Part shown: positions 14,893-28,120 of the stretch, piece by piece
How the letters are laid out: each line of letters begins with the position of its first letter
Numbering within the stretch: position 1 is the first letter of the stretch
From: Octopus vulgaris
Lineage: Eukaryota
Length of the DNA stretch: 64,000 nt
Assembly: GCA_951406725.2 (NCBI GenBank)
Contig: OX597814.1
Coordinates: 45,074,001-45,138,000 of the forward strand
Reading direction: 5' to 3'
Program-made: the position numbers and the translations under genes
Notes under the pieces: model-generated
Seen by the model: only the letters and a program-made list of their open reading frames with translations
What the model was told of the DNA's origin: nothing
Database searches by the model: none

Positions 14893-15085
14893 GAGCCAAT
14901 GAGGTCAATCGATCAACTGAAAATAACTCAATTTCCATCAAATTACATTGTAAAATCTTAAAAATGGAAGCATTTGATAATGTAGTCTTAGATAGACTAT
15001 GTCTAAAGAAAAGACTATTTAGTCGCGGCTAGAAATTCTTTGATCATAAGTTTTCTCCATACAGGTTGACCTGAGGCTAAACAAT
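14893..15085 (+). mobile_element. Old interspersed repeat 'family C' (SINE/LINE-tail-like)
   Basis: Similar to the inverted copies at 50810-51225 (shared ...TTTGATCATA...GACCTG.GGCTAAACAA end). Confidence 0.55.
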
Positions 15086-15579
15086 CCTTTTTGCATCATC
15101 AATAATCCAAACTTCTTCAAAAGTAAATTGCATGCAAAGTAGATAAATCGATTTCATTAATTATTCTCTATTTTCAAATAATTCAGATACAATAAAAATT
15201 TTAGAGTTATCATTAAGTTATCATAAACTACCATCCTAATATATTCTACTTTTGATGTTTATGTTCTGAAGGCGCTCTTCATAAATATAAACTCTGATTT
15301 TCAGAATGCCTTACGTTTAACGCTGACATATTTCTGACTTCAATGTATGGCAACATATTCCCTGCCTTTTTTAGCTATAATGTCGAGTTACCTTAATATT
15401 TCGCGGGGTGTGAGGTAATAGTTTAAACAGAAGAGAATGTGTAGTGCCCATTAACACATATTTTGTCTCTATCGCTAGAGAACTCCCTGGATGCATTTAA
15501 GCGTTAGGTGGTGGCGATGAAATATCAAGTCTGATATCCAATAACAGGAATTTTGTCTCCGATGTGTTTGCACAGTTTC

Positions 15580-15710
15580 AGTATCGCAAATTTCCCCAAC
15601 AAAGATTTTGGCTGATCCACGGCTATGGCCGTAAATACTTTCCCCAGGTGCTGCGCATTGGAATTAATTCGTATCAACGTAGTTATGAAGCGAACTCCTA
15701 AACTATCGAT
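15580..15710 (-). mobile_element. Degraded SINE family B head
   Basis: GGCTATGG...TACTTTCCCCAGGTGCTGCGCATTGG resembles the reverse complement of the family B CORE region. Confidence 0.5.
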
Positions 15711-16929
15711 TCAGTGACTTGTGTCATTTCATTAATTCGTGCAAAGTTTCATAATACTATGAACTCTCCAGCCTCTTTCCTCATAATAGTGTTCACACAG
15801 AAATACGATATGATACTCCCATAATATAGTTTATCTATGACACACTTAGGGTTTCAAATTTTATTCCTGTATGCTATCAATATCGTTTTTTACTGTCAGA
15901 GAATCACATTTCCCCAACAAAACCAGAGGTATGTTTAACCTTTCTGGTTATTCATCGAATAAGTTGTCGCCTTAGACTTTGTATTCACTCAGAACTAGAG
16001 ATAAATACTGGGTTAATAGATACAGACGTGGAACAATAATGAAAATGGAGCTTATTTGTCGTTGATGGTGGTACTGCTGACATTGCAATTATTGTTTCTG
16101 TATGTTTTCCCATACAGAATAGGCAGTTTTTCATCACGTTTCTCTGGAATATTCGTTCTAAGAGCTTTTAGATACTTAAAGATTGGCTGACAGACTTTGA
16201 CTTAAAAACTCTTTAACCACTTAACTTACACATCTCGTAATTTATTGTTATCAGCGGAAGACCAATAAGACGAGGTCAATGGTGTGACTGCATGTGAAAA
16301 AGTTATCAGTTTTGAGAAGTATTATCTGAAAGTACTCGGAAGAAAAATGCATGAGAACTTGTCATTTGTACAGACCGTTGCCCATGATACTTTAATGTTT
16401 TGTATGTTTGTTTTTTATGGAAGACAGAAAACTCACATGTGTAACAGTTTCCTACCGTCTAACAACAGTTCTAAGGAATGGCGTCTTTGAATTGTTTCAT
16501 TTGTGACATTTTTAATACATTGTTATTTACGCCTACATGCGTATATTATTGCATGCGTTGTTAATAATTTTCTCATTACCACTTCCTCAACTACAGTGAA
16601 GTCAATACTTCACTGGGAACTAAAAAGGCCCATACATATCTGGAACTGTCTCTTGTACTTACCCAAAAAACTAAAATGTAATTAGATATTGAACATATGT
16701 TTTAACTTCCTCGAGGCATAATTATTTCCTAATTAGATTTTTTGATGTTCGCTACATTAAATATGTTAGCATTATTTTTTTTGGACGAACGGCTCATCTA
16801 AATAATTTATTCTCTTTTACGACATAGCATTTTCACACCTTACTCGTTAACTTACATATACTTGGTGATTCTTTCATCACTACCTCAGCAGATATAGTGG
16901 CGTTTATGCTTCGTTGAGAGGGTGTTTAC

Positions 16930-17490
16930 TAAGGAGATGGAAATATTAACCACCTCTTAAGGGAATACAGTAAATTAGCAAAAAAAAAAAGATATAAACA
17001 CAGGAGTGACTAGAACTGACTTTCCTTAGAATCTAACGAATACAGAATGTGTAGTCAAACTAGAGAAAAACTGTGGCATATTTTAAGCTAATGCAAGTAA
17101 TTGGCCCTAAGGGAATATAAAAGAAGTCATGACAATGTCGCCAAAATGTTTAATGGAACTATGTAACAAGTTTAGATTGGAAGGAGTGATAAAATGGTAT
17201 GTATAATAACCAAAGATTGAGGTAGAAATGACAGAAAAAGATACCTTGGGACATCATGATTTATTATGATCATGGAGTGAAACATCGAAAACCTGATACT
17301 GTACTGACATACAAGGGAGGCAATTGTACTTGGTGTGACATCACATGTACTAGGAACAGCAGAATCTCTGGAAAAGGAGAAAACTGGCTAGATAAGAAGC
17401 TCTGAAAAGAGAAATCAAAATGGTATGTACTATGTCAATAATCGTTTGTGTCCTAAGCACAGTTAGCAAAGACATGTTATACTTAACTTT
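16930..17490 (+). mobile_element. Degraded R4/Dong-like REL non-LTR fragment
   Basis: Remnant motifs KWY.., IIVCVLSTVSK and a K..Y..L-like segment resemble the REL C-terminus of the copies at 27-29 kb. Confidence 0.45.
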
Positions 17491-17699
17491 TTTTCTATAC
17501 ATGAAAGCAGCTTTTCGACTCTACCCACAAACTGACAATGCAGAGACACAGAACATGTGCGAACAAACCGTGAAATATTGTCAGGTACACACGGCTTGTG
17601 GTGTGCAGTGAGTATCTAGCAATATTTCAGATGTCAAATGATCAACCTTACACTAATAGGCAAAGTGTGGAATAATATGACAGTCTTTGCTAGTGTATC

Positions 17700-18207
17700 T
17701 GTCCCAGGGTTTACCATCTAGGGCATCCTGATACCGTCAGTGGGGTGGATTTGAGCAATAAATGGACCACGTGGCCAGGAGAGCCTTTCCAATTGAAAAG
17801 AAATGAAAGACCACACACTTCAAATTCATTAGAAGTTTCCTGAGGCAGAGCAAAATAGACAGGCTGGAGTGATGTAGGTGTTGGAAACTTTCCACTTGAT
17901 CTTTCAGCCACAGATTTCTCTTAGCCCACGTTTGAATGAGACTGTCTGGTCTGCTCACGATCTTTTCAATATTTTTCTCCAGTTCGAGGCCCGGGTCCGA
18001 ACATCTTGACTGAACTCTGGTTTCAACGACAAGAGTCACTGCTGACCAGCATGGACTTCTTTTGGAATGTGTTACAATCCCACCTTTCGTTTTCGGTAAA
18101 TATTTTACCTTTATATCTTTATACAAATTTCATTAACTCCTCGATTCAAAGAACAGCACGGCTAAGGGGTTCATCTGTATATTGTTGTTACTTCTGCTCT
18201 TGCTGCT

Positions 18208-18250
<43 letters not shown>

Positions 18251-18905
18251 CTGCTGCTGCTGATGCTGCTGCTGCTGATGCTACTGATACTACTACTACT
18301 ACTATAAGAATTTCTTGTCTCTTCTTTTTCTCATTGCGTTTGTTGTAGGTCCTTTTGCTTTTTGATTTTGCGTTTTATTGTTCATGCTTATTTGCTTATT
18401 TGTTGCTGTTTCTGTTACAGCTGTTGTGGTATTTGTGGTTGTTGCTGTTAATTCTTGTTTTTGAAGTTATTCGGTCCATTGGGAGTAAACTTAAATCTAA
18501 TCTGTATCATCCCAAATCTGTGGATTTTCCCTTGGATGAAAGCCCCGGCGAAGAGAGGGAAAACTTGCAGTTTCCTTCCAAATCTCTGACATACACTTGC
18601 TGAGGTATGATAAACATTAGCCAACGGAGTCCGTACGTAGCATCAATCTAGCCTAGTTCTTGCTGGAGTATCTTTTCCCATATAAATGGGATCTTAACAA
18701 GTCCTTGAGACTTGGATTTGCTCGTGACTAATGTGAACAGTGCTCTCTGCTGCAGATTGCCACTACTCTCCCAGACTGTCTCTTTTTAGTTATCTCTCCA
18801 GACAATATCTCTTCCAAAGCTTTTTCTATTTGCAGTGGAGCTAGAAAACTGCAACATCCGGTCTTAATGATTGATGTACCTGTACGGATTTTATCCTTTT
18901 CCATC
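17700..18905 (-). mobile_element. Degraded ORF1-like remnant, probably Tx1/L1-like LINE
   Basis: Minus-strand pieces MEKDKIRT..QIEKALEEIL, PIYMGK, a low-complexity Q/T/A linker and ELEKNIEKIVSRPDSLIQTW..LWLKD are present. The architecture resembles the ORF1 region at 11.4-12.7 kb. Confidence 0.45.
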
Positions 18906-18908
18906 AAC

Positions 18909-20094
18909 GTCTCCGAATTGGTTCAAATTACCTGCATCAGTATAGTTTCGCATGCCAATAACGAAAATGAAATTCATCTTTTACAAAATGAATAATTAAA
19001 AAGTTACAAACCTTTAAACTTTTGCTAATTTTAGTCAACTAGAAGACTCTTTTATTGGATTGGCCGGAAGTCATAATTTCCATGTGTTGACAATAAGAAA
19101 ATGAAAATATGACGAATCCTTGAAAGGCATGTATATATATATAAAGAATCTAATGAGGAAAATTAAAACACAAGGAAATCCCTTTGAAGGTGTAAAATCT
19201 AATTAGAACATTATGAAAAAGCATTTAAAAAATGTTCTGAAATGAAAAACTAACAAGTGAACACTGAAATTTTGCAATGCACTCAAACAGGTTTTACAAG
19301 TTGTCGCAATTCTCATTTCTCCGCTACCACATGAATTCGTGCCCACAAGTAAATCATAGGACGATGAGTGCCACTGTTCTGTTTATTTCCCAAAATGGTT
19401 ACCACTTGTAACTTGTATGAGTTGATAAACCCAATGCTGTGGTTCTCCATTCTATGCTGAAACTGATACCTTGGTGTCTGGCATGTGCACGTATGCTTAC
19501 CAGAAATACAGAAGTTGCTGCATATAGTAGTTCTCAACAGAACCGGCTTTTCAATACACTCCTCCAATGTTTCACGATTGCGACTGTTGTGCCTCGCGAC
19601 ACACTCTGCTGAAAGATACAATGTTCAGCTGGCACCCTTCTTTGGGTATTCTTCTGTCTTGAAAACTTTGTTTCAACAATTTAAACAATTGTTCCAGGAC
19701 CAGCTATCTTTACTGGATTGCGTGGTATGTCCTCCACACATATTTCATGCGCACAGTTGCCATAATCAACAGCTGTGATGTGGCATATGCCCAACTCTTC
19801 CACAACAACAGACAGTATTCAATTCCTTGACCCTGGGATAGTCGAGTAAGAACTGTAGCCTCTGAAATCACTGAATAATGCAGAAAACAGACAATCAATG
19901 TTGTTGCTATGAAAACAGACGACACGTGCGCTTCCCGCTATATAATAGAGGTCTTCGATTGGCTAAAGTTAGCCAAAAACTTCAAACTTTAAAGCTTTAT
20001 GACCTTTTTTATTAATTTGTGTAAAAGAAAATGGGCGCCATTTTCGTAATTAGCAAGGAAATCAGTAAAGGAAATTTGGACATAATCAGACACC
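18909..20094 (-). mobile_element. Merlin (ISXO2/IS1595-like DDE) DNA transposon, degraded, with long imperfect TIRs
   Basis: Minus-strand frames read ELGICHITAVDYGNCAHEIC..PVKIAGPGTIV*IVETKFSR, NRETLEECI..TTICSN, YQFQHRMENHSIGFI and GTHR...EFMW*RR. The segments at about 18910-19070 and 19930-20094 are reverse-complement similar. Confidence 0.85.
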
Positions 20095-21004
20095 GCGAAC
20101 GACAATGACAGGATCCAGTGGTTGTTTAGATTTTTTTTTTTGTCGTTGTTCGCTGATGGGAGTGCTGCTCACCTCCTTAGGTGGAAGTGTCATCACCTTA
20201 ATGCATGATATTGACCTTGTAATTTTTATTGCTTCGGCTTTTCTTTCGAGTTAATGAAACATCTTTTGAATCACTGCGCGGTTAAAGGTGAAATCCGATT
20301 TTTTTTTATTTTAGTCTCGTCATTGTTGTTCTTGTATTGTTTTTGTTCTTATTGTGACTGCTGCTGACTTTGTTCTTGTTTGTTTCTTGTCGTTTTTGCT
20401 GCAGCTAATACTACTGCTGATGCAAATGGCAGAGTAAATATTCTTATCCGCATGTCATTGCAGTGACGTCTGTGCAGTTGTAGTAGTATTTGTTTTTATA
20501 GTGACGTCAATACTTTTGGTTGCTATGGCGACAATAATGGTCACTGTTACTATAACACTTATCCTTTTAAAATATTGTAGAGTCATTACTATTTTCTCTC
20601 GTTCTCCCGTTTTCTCTCTCTTGCCCTTTCTCCCTTCTCACTCTCTCTCTCTCTCTCTTTCTCTCACTCTCTCTTTGAATTACCTCTTTTCCTCTCCAAA
20701 CTACCTTAGCCGAATACATTCTGATGCTAACACAGGAATCTGTATTTTTTTTAATACATTATGAATTTTTAAAGATCACTTAACGAGGGAAGTGCACACT
20801 AGTGGGGCCGAATAAAAGGGAAAACTACATCCCAAAGTTTCGTAGTTATTGCTCTACAAAATTGTGATGCATGCGGATTCCTTTTAGGGCGAAAACGATA
20901 AAAAATCTTAATGAAACATGTGGGAATACAAAATTCCATGGTGTGTAGGCGAATGCAAACAACATCAATAACAACAACAGTAATAATAATTCTCATTAAT
21001 TTTC

Positions 21005-21400
21005 GACACAAGTCGAGCTATTTTAAGAAAAGTAGTCAAGTCGATTACTTCAACCGTAGTGTTCACCTGGTTCTTATTTTATCTACCTCGAAAGGATAAA
21101 AGGCTAAGCTGACCTCGGCAGTATTTGAACGCGAACCGAAAAGAGCCGGAAGAAATATTGCTAAGCATTTTTATCCGACATGGTAAAGACTTTAACAGTT
21201 CGCCGCCTTTAATAGTTCTTTCTGCCATAAGGACCGAAATTTTGAGCGAAGGAGTAAGTCTATGAACTGGTACCTATTTTATCGGCCCCGGAAGGATGAA
21301 AGACGAAGTCGAACTCGACGCAATTTGAACTCAGAACGAAAACATAGATGAAATGTCACTGTGTCTTTTGTCCCACGTACTAATGATTCTGCCAGTTTGG
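21005..21400 (-). mobile_element. Two old SINE family A copies in tandem
   Basis: The reverse complement core CTTATTTTATC.ACC.CGAAAGGAT.AAAGGC and B-box TTTGAAC.C each occur twice. Confidence 0.75.
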
Positions 21401-21448
21401 TTTATCCCCTCCCCCGAAATTACTGGCCTAGTGCCAAATTTTTAAACC

Positions 21449-21638
<190 letters not shown>

Positions 21639-21639
21639 A

Positions 21640-22032
21640 AGGTAGTGAGCTGGCAGAATCGTTAGCACGCCGGACGAAATGCTTAGCGGTATTTCGCCCG
21701 TCGTTACGTTCTGAGTTCAAATTCCGCCGAGGTAGACTTTGCCTTATCATCCTTTCGGGGTCGATAAATTAAGTACCAGTTACGCACTGGGGTCGATGTA
21801 ATCGACTTAATCCGTTTGTCCTTGTTTGTCTCCTCTTTGTTTAGCCCCTTGTGGGTAGTAAAGAAATAGGTATTTCGTCCGCCATGACGCTCTGAGTTCA
21901 AATTCCGTCGAAGTCGACTTTGCCTTTCATTCCCTCGGGATCAATAAATTAAGTACCAGTGAAACACTGGGGTCGATGTAGTCGACTATCCTCCACCCCC
22001 AAATGCCAGGCCTTGTGCCTATAGTAGAAAGG
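21640..22032 (+). mobile_element. SINE family A dimer
   Basis: Head, core and tail 1 (..AGCCCCTTGTGGGTAGTAAAGAAATA), then a partial head, core and tail 2 (..AGGCCTTGTGCCT..), followed by (ATT)n. Confidence 0.92.
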
Positions 22033-22079
<47 letters not shown>

Positions 22080-22199
22080 TATTATTATTATCAACATCAT
22101 CATCATCATCATCATCATCGTCATCATTATTATTATTATTATTATCATTAGCAAATAAAGAAGAGTGCTGTTGTTATCAAATGAACAATATTTTGACAT

Positions 22200-23620
22200 C
22201 TCGTGTGTCTTCCACAGGTGCACCAAACCAAACGGATCAATTTAACCACTCCGTTTATCCAGCAATCCTCGACGCTATTGGACGGCACGGACCTGCTTCG
22301 TCAGGTGCCGAGGTACAGGCCCGCTGACTTTTGTTGGTCGATTTTTACTTCTCTCACTACCTCATAGTTCCTTAGAGCAGTGCATATCACCTCGATGTGT
22401 TTGGTATCCGACAATATCCGATGTCGTCTTAGTGTACCAACACGAAAATTCCGTACCTTAGTTCTGGAGGGATACCCCTCAACATGGTGGTGGCTCAAGA
22501 ATTAATACATATACAAGAGATGAAGAAAGACAACATTTATGGACCGAATCCTTGATTCTCCTAACAAGTCATATAAAAGTAAAAGTCATTGGGTAGAATA
22601 TCCAAACCAGGTTGAAGAATTAGTCAAGGTCCAATCAATCTTGCCACAGGCACGTCGGTTGCGATACCTTTCTAAAGCATCATGTTTTTAACGTAAGTCT
22701 TCCTCTATTCTAGTTGTCTCTATCGCTCTACCCATGTCGATTCTATGCCATGCTATCTTTGTCTACTGGTCTACACAATACTCTATCTCGATACAATCTG
22801 GATGGCATGATGCGGCTTATCCATGTTTGCACTGACACCTTCGACAAATTTAATCCGTACCTGTCAGACAAACGTCTGAACATGTTTGCAAGGCTTTTGC
22901 ACTCTCTTTTCTAACAACTAACCCCACACAACTCAAAGATAACGTTCCAAACGTTCACTAATACTACAGAGCGCAGTGTTCCAAGGAAAACAACCAAAAT
23001 CCTCAAGCTATCTAGCTGCCCAACACCATGTCGAGGTGTATACCGCTACTAGTCTCAAGGTACCATCTTAACTGCTGCTCACACTCAGAGCTACAAACTT
23101 ACTCTCTGGGTGCATTAAGATCGTTCGTATCAAGAGATTCCCAAACAAGACCCTTCCCAAACAAGACCCTTCCCGAACAAGACCCTTCCCAAACAAGACC
23201 CTTCTCAAACAAGACCCTTCTCAAACAAGACCCTTCTCAAATAAGACCCTTCCCAAAAAAAAGACCCTTCCCAAACAAGACCCTTCTCAAAAAAGACCCT
23301 TCTCAAATAAGACCCTTCTCAAACAAGACCCTTCCCAAACAAGACAGTCGCTCAACCTCCCAATCCCAGCCGACTTGAAAATATCTACTTCTAATATCCT
23401 TCGAAAATGTAGCATAGTGGCTCGGAGTTAGCCGCCACAGTTGTTGTGGCTCATAGCTGCAACATCTGTATCTAGTGATCTGTATTTGTTGAGTAGATTT
23501 CCTTGCTTCCGTGGTGATCCCTAGCTAAGTGCATTTATAGTGCCTACCCTAAGTAAGGCCATTAATTGGAAGGATGAATGGGAGACGGGACACTTACCTT
23601 AATCTTATAGATAGACAGAT
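22200..23620 (+). mobile_element. Possible degraded non-LTR ORF1 (gag-like) remnant
   Basis: Higher-complexity island with RKFRTLVLEGYP and a decayed knuckle-like stretch. The family is not securely identified. Confidence 0.3.
23141..23345. repeat. 16-bp minisatellite (C/T)CAAACAAGACCCTTC, about 12-13 copies
   Basis: Tandem units seen directly, with no spacers. Confidence 0.95.
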
Positions 23621-24184
23621 ATTCCGTCCCCCTGACTGGTTGTGGGTGTTTTCACAAGCGTTACTTTGTATAGATTTTTGTTTATATTTCTCTTTAGTTT
23701 CCTACTTTTTTGCAGTATTTGTCTTTTAAGGCGTTGTATGGGTGCTGAGATTTTTGGATGATTTTTAAGTGTATTGGAATGCTAATTGAAATTCTTTGTT
23801 TGGTGTGTTATTGTTCTAGCTATTACTGTTGTTGTTGCGACTGGCACTGCTATTACTTTTAATTACAATTCTCTCAGTAGTATTGTGTAGTAGGCGATAA
23901 CTGCGAAAGACGACTTCACCTTCAAAACCTCCCCAACCTTCCTCTCTTGCTGACTAATCGACAAAGACAACGCTACTTTCAATTTTTTTTTCCTTTTCTT
24001 GAAATTGTGTGTGTAACAAAAATGGTTGATTAGTCCCTTATGATTTTGGTCAGTTAAGAAACAAGGTAGAACAATAAAATCAACAAAAAATAATTCTTAA
24101 AAGGAAAACAGTGTACAAACTCATGGAGCTTCCAAAACACGTTTAGCGCCAGTGATAAACAATAACATTAATAATTGTTTTAAA

Positions 24185-24326
24185 GTTTGGCATAGAACCA
24201 GTAATTTTTGTGGGGTGGAGCTGTTGGTCGATTACATCGATCCAGTACTTGATTGGTACTTTATTTTATCGATCCCTAGTGTATCAAATATAAAGTTAAG
24301 CCCGGCGGAGTTTGAACTCAGAATAA
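24185..24326 (-). mobile_element. Old SINE family A fragment
   Basis: GTCGATTACATCGATCCAGTACTTGATTGGTACTTTATTTTATCGATCCC...TTTGAACTCAGAA. Confidence 0.75.
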
Positions 24327-24329
24327 TAA

Positions 24330-26522
24330 CACAACGTAACAATTTTCAAAAGAAATTTGTTTATTGTATTTTTTTTTGTTTATCAATCCATTTTTGCTGC
24401 TGATTCCAAAAATGAAATTATTTTTTGTGTATCATCAACAGTTAAAAAAATATATCGACTTTCAATATTATTTTATATTCCGTATTATTATAATGTTCCG
24501 CTCCTAAATGTATGTCTAATTTTCTCTTTAGAACCAATTACTAAGTTCTGCTACTTTCAGGATGGCTACTAGAGCATGTAAAAATTCTCCAGATACATTT
24601 TGCTATGTGTGTGGTTATTATATTGGAAAAAAGCACTTATTACATAAGATCGTGAAAGATGCCGAATTGTGGATAGCGTACAGACTCTATTTCGGAATGC
24701 CCATGGGTCACCAGGACAAACCATGGGCCCAACATGTGATATGTGGAAGCTGTCGATCTACTCTAGAAGGATGGTTAAGAGGTAAAGGAAGGTCAATGCC
24801 TTTTGCCATTCCAAGGGTATGGAGAGAGCCAAAGAACCATCACGATGACTGTTACTTTTGTATGATCGATGTGACAAAGTACTGAAAAGTGAAAGGAAGA
24901 CAAGCTCTTCAGTATCCAGACATACCATCATCCAGAGCACCTGTCCCAAATGATGACAGTTTACGAATACCACTACCACCAGAAGATATTTCATCTGAAG
25001 AGTCAACAAGTAGCAGCAGCCAAGAAATGGGGGGAAACTTTCGTACCAAGAACGACTTCGGAGCCTCACTTTCCAAATCAGAGTGAGCATGATAATTTAA
25101 TTAGGGATCTAGGTCTTACTAAGTCAGGAGCTGAACTTCTTTCATCAAGGTTGAAGGAATGGAATCTACTGGGGGAAGACTGCAAAACATCTGTGTACCG
25201 GAAACGCCATGAAGAATTTGAAATTTACTATGAAAATACTAATGATCTGTGTTATTGTAAAGATGTGATTGGTTTGTTTACTGCTATTGGACTCAAGCAT
25301 GATTCTGCAGAGTCGCGACTGTTCATAGATAGCTCAACACGAAGTCTCAAAGCAGTGTTGCTCCACAATGGAAATAAATATCCTTCTTTGCCTCTTGCAC
25401 ACTCCATACAGAAGAAAGAAAATTACGATAATGTCAAAGAACTTCTCGACAAAATAAATTACGCTGAGTTCAAGTGGGATGTTTGTGGTGATTTCAAGAT
25501 GCTTGCCTTCTTGCTTGGCTTGCAGGGGGGATATACACAAAGTATTCATGTTTCCTTTGCTTATGGGACAGCAGAGCTGATGATGATCATTACAAGAGAG
25601 TACATTGGCCCCCATGAGTGGAAATGCAGCCAGGAATGTTAAATGTTCTCAAACAGCCTCTAGTAGATTCCAACAAAATATTATTACCCCCACTTCATAT
25701 CAAACTCGTATTGGTAAAACAGTTTGTGAAGGCCTTAGATTTTAGAGGAGAAGCTTTTCAAGAAATTTGTCTTATGTTTCCAAAGTTATCTGTGGCTAAG
25801 ATCACGGGTGGCATATTTGTTGGGCCCCAAGTAAATGTAATGTTGAAGTCGAAGAAACTGGAAAGAGCGATAATAAAAGTTGAAAAAGAACCTTAGTGTG
25901 CATTTCGTGATGTAATTCGTGGATTCCTAGGAAATCACAAGCATCCTAATTACAAACAGCTGGTTGTCGTATGTCCTTAAAGGTTAATTTTTTGCACTCT
26001 CACCTAGATTTTTTCCCCGAAAACTTGAGTGATGTCAGTGAGGAGCATGGTGAGAGATTTCATCAGGGCATTGCAACTATGAAAAGAAGATACCAAGGAC
26101 GATGGATTACTGCTATGATGGGAGATTAGATATTGTATCTAGTCAGAAGAGATGAAGGTATACACTCCAGAAAATCTCGATCGTTAAAGCACTTCTCATC
26201 TTAAGAAAAGAGTTATCAAGGCATTTACAATGCAGGATGTTATTGTTTCTTTTTGTTCTAACTAATATTATACTTCCTAAATACCTTTCAATATATGAAA
26301 TAGTACTAAATGTTGTGTCATTATCCTTACAATACTAGAAGAGATTGAACCAACAATGTGCTGTAGAGAAAAGTTACAAATATAACGAGCAAATATAAAA
26401 TTAGGATTAATAAATAACTATCGATGTTACGTCAAAACGAATGTGATTTTTTAATTTAGTGGCAAAAATTGCATATATGAACATTAAAAAATACAAATAA
26501 ACAAAGCATATGTTACATTGTG
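24330..26522 (+). mobile_element. Chapaev3-like (CMC superfamily) DNA transposon, full length
   Basis: Termini are CACAACGTAAC ... GTTACATTGTG, flanked by TAA on both sides (3-bp TSD). It encodes the transposase listed next. Confidence 0.85.
24562..26204 (+). pseudogene. Chapaev3-type transposase, disrupted by stops and frameshifts
   Basis: Motifs FCYVCG, QDKPWA.H.IC..C, WREPKNHHDDCYFC, RLFIDSS..SLKAVLLHNGN, CGDFKM, LPPLHIKL, GIFVGPQ, LHSHLDFFPENL..VSEEHGERFHQ and RRYQG. An acceptor-like TTTCAG lies just before the ATG. Confidence 0.88.
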
Positions 26523-27030
26523 TAATCTTCCAAAGGAACGTTTTTCTCTCACTTATTTTTTCTGTAATCGCACTGACATTTTTGTTGATTATACTCATCA
26601 AATTTAAAGAAGGATCCTCCCTGGGCAGGATTAGGGGAGAAGTGGTTAGTCTCCTTTTCATGGATGATGTGAAGCTATATTTGAAAAACAATAACCAACT
26701 GGATTCCTTACATTATCGAAAATACGCTATAGAGCGTGTGGGAAGAATCCACATAAAGTACTGAAATAATTCTAACTAATGATAAGCGTATGCAATTATT
26801 ATATGTAGAAGAAATATATAAATATCTTGGAATACTGGAAAGTGAAAAACCAAAAGTGTAAAAATGAAGGAAGCCTTCAGCAAAGAATATTTTTGGCAAA
26901 TGAAGATAACGTTAAAATCCAAATTGAGTGCGGTAAATATCATACAAGCAATCAACTTTGTGGCAGTATCCCTAATAATAAGCTATGAAATAAGAATAAT
27001 TTGATGGAGATACAATGGAGCTGAAGAACA
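26523..27030 (+). mobile_element. R4/Dong-like reverse transcriptase fragment
   Basis: IFQRNVFLSLIF.. (decayed QGD.LSP), LLFMDDVKLY, YKYLGILE and LKSKLSAVNIIQAIN. Confidence 0.75.
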
Positions 27031-27039
27031 TCGAAAGGG

Positions 27040-27200
27040 AAAGATGAACCCAATACTCCGACGATAATAGGTATAATTTCTATGTTTGACTCCTGTGGCT
27101 GCCACATCTCAATTCTCAGGTCTCCATATTTATCAACCTTTTCTCTTTCATGATGATAAGTTGATCTCCTGGTACTGCCAGAATTTATAAGCACTGTCAA
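27040..27200 (-). mobile_element. REL endonuclease fragment (R4/Dong-like)
   Basis: EREKVDKYGDLRIEMW..IIPIIVGVLG. Confidence 0.7.
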
Positions 27201-27459
27201 GTCCATTTTTGTTAAGTCCTTCTGCATTAGCAGCATACTGTAGCACGACTTGATTGCTGATACCAAATAATGTTTCTTTTTTCATGGTTGATGCACTCCC
27301 GTACGCTAAATCAGCCCACGTCCACATTTACCCTCTTCATGTAGAGCCTGTGTACATTAGCGTGGAGGGCACTATACATTGTCATTGTTTTTCGGGTAGT
27401 GCGATCGAGTTGGTTAATCTCCACTTGTGATTATCATTATTATTATTATTATTATTATT

Positions 27460-28100
27460 CTATGTTTGACTTTTGCTTTATATTTGTACAAGTTGGCTCC
27501 AAGTCTCACCCAGAGACCTCAAGAGACAACAGGGTTGGAAGTTCATGTTGTTGTTATGCCTAGTGTGCCATATATTTGGGGGGTGGGGATGTTGTACTAA
27601 TGAATGTCTAAAAAAAAAAAAAAAAAAAGGTTTTTTTTTTTTTTTTTTTTTTCTTTTTAAACCGAAAATTATGTTTGTTTTAAACCTTGAGATTACATAG
27701 AGAGTATTTTGCGTAGGATATGAGCAGTTCCCATGAGCACTATCTTTTGAACTTCTGCCATTTTTGGGTTTCCTGGTATCTGAGTTAGGTAGCTATCAGC
27801 CCCTTTTGCTATCATTCCCAGGGCACCTATGACAACAGGTATTGTTTTAGTCTTCAGCTTCCACATTTTGCTGATTTCTATTTCAAGATCTTTATATTTG
27901 CTCAGTTTTTGGTAGGTCTTGACAGATACGTTTATATCGATTGGGACAGTCATATCAATGAGGAGGCATGTTCTTTGTTTGAAGTTTTTCAATATGATGT
28001 CTGGCCTATTTGCATCTATCTTCCTGTCAGTTTGAATGGTGAAGTTCCAGAGGAGTGAGATGTGGTCATTTTCAAGCACTGGGGGTGGTTTGTGTTCCCA
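27460..28100 (-). mobile_element. 5'-truncated R4/Dong-like non-LTR retrotransposon (REL domain plus 3' UTR)
   Basis: ORF 27693-28079 reads LLWNFTIQTDRKIDANRPDII...LLIDMTVP...KLSKYKDL...PVVIGALG, a PD-(D/E)xK restriction-like endonuclease. It is bounded by (ATT)n on both sides. Confidence 0.9.
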
Positions 28101-28120
28101 TTATTATTATTATTATTATT

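Noticed and set aside
23141-23345. CRISPR-like array
   Set aside because: The repeats are contiguous with no spacers, the context is eukaryotic and there are no cas genes.
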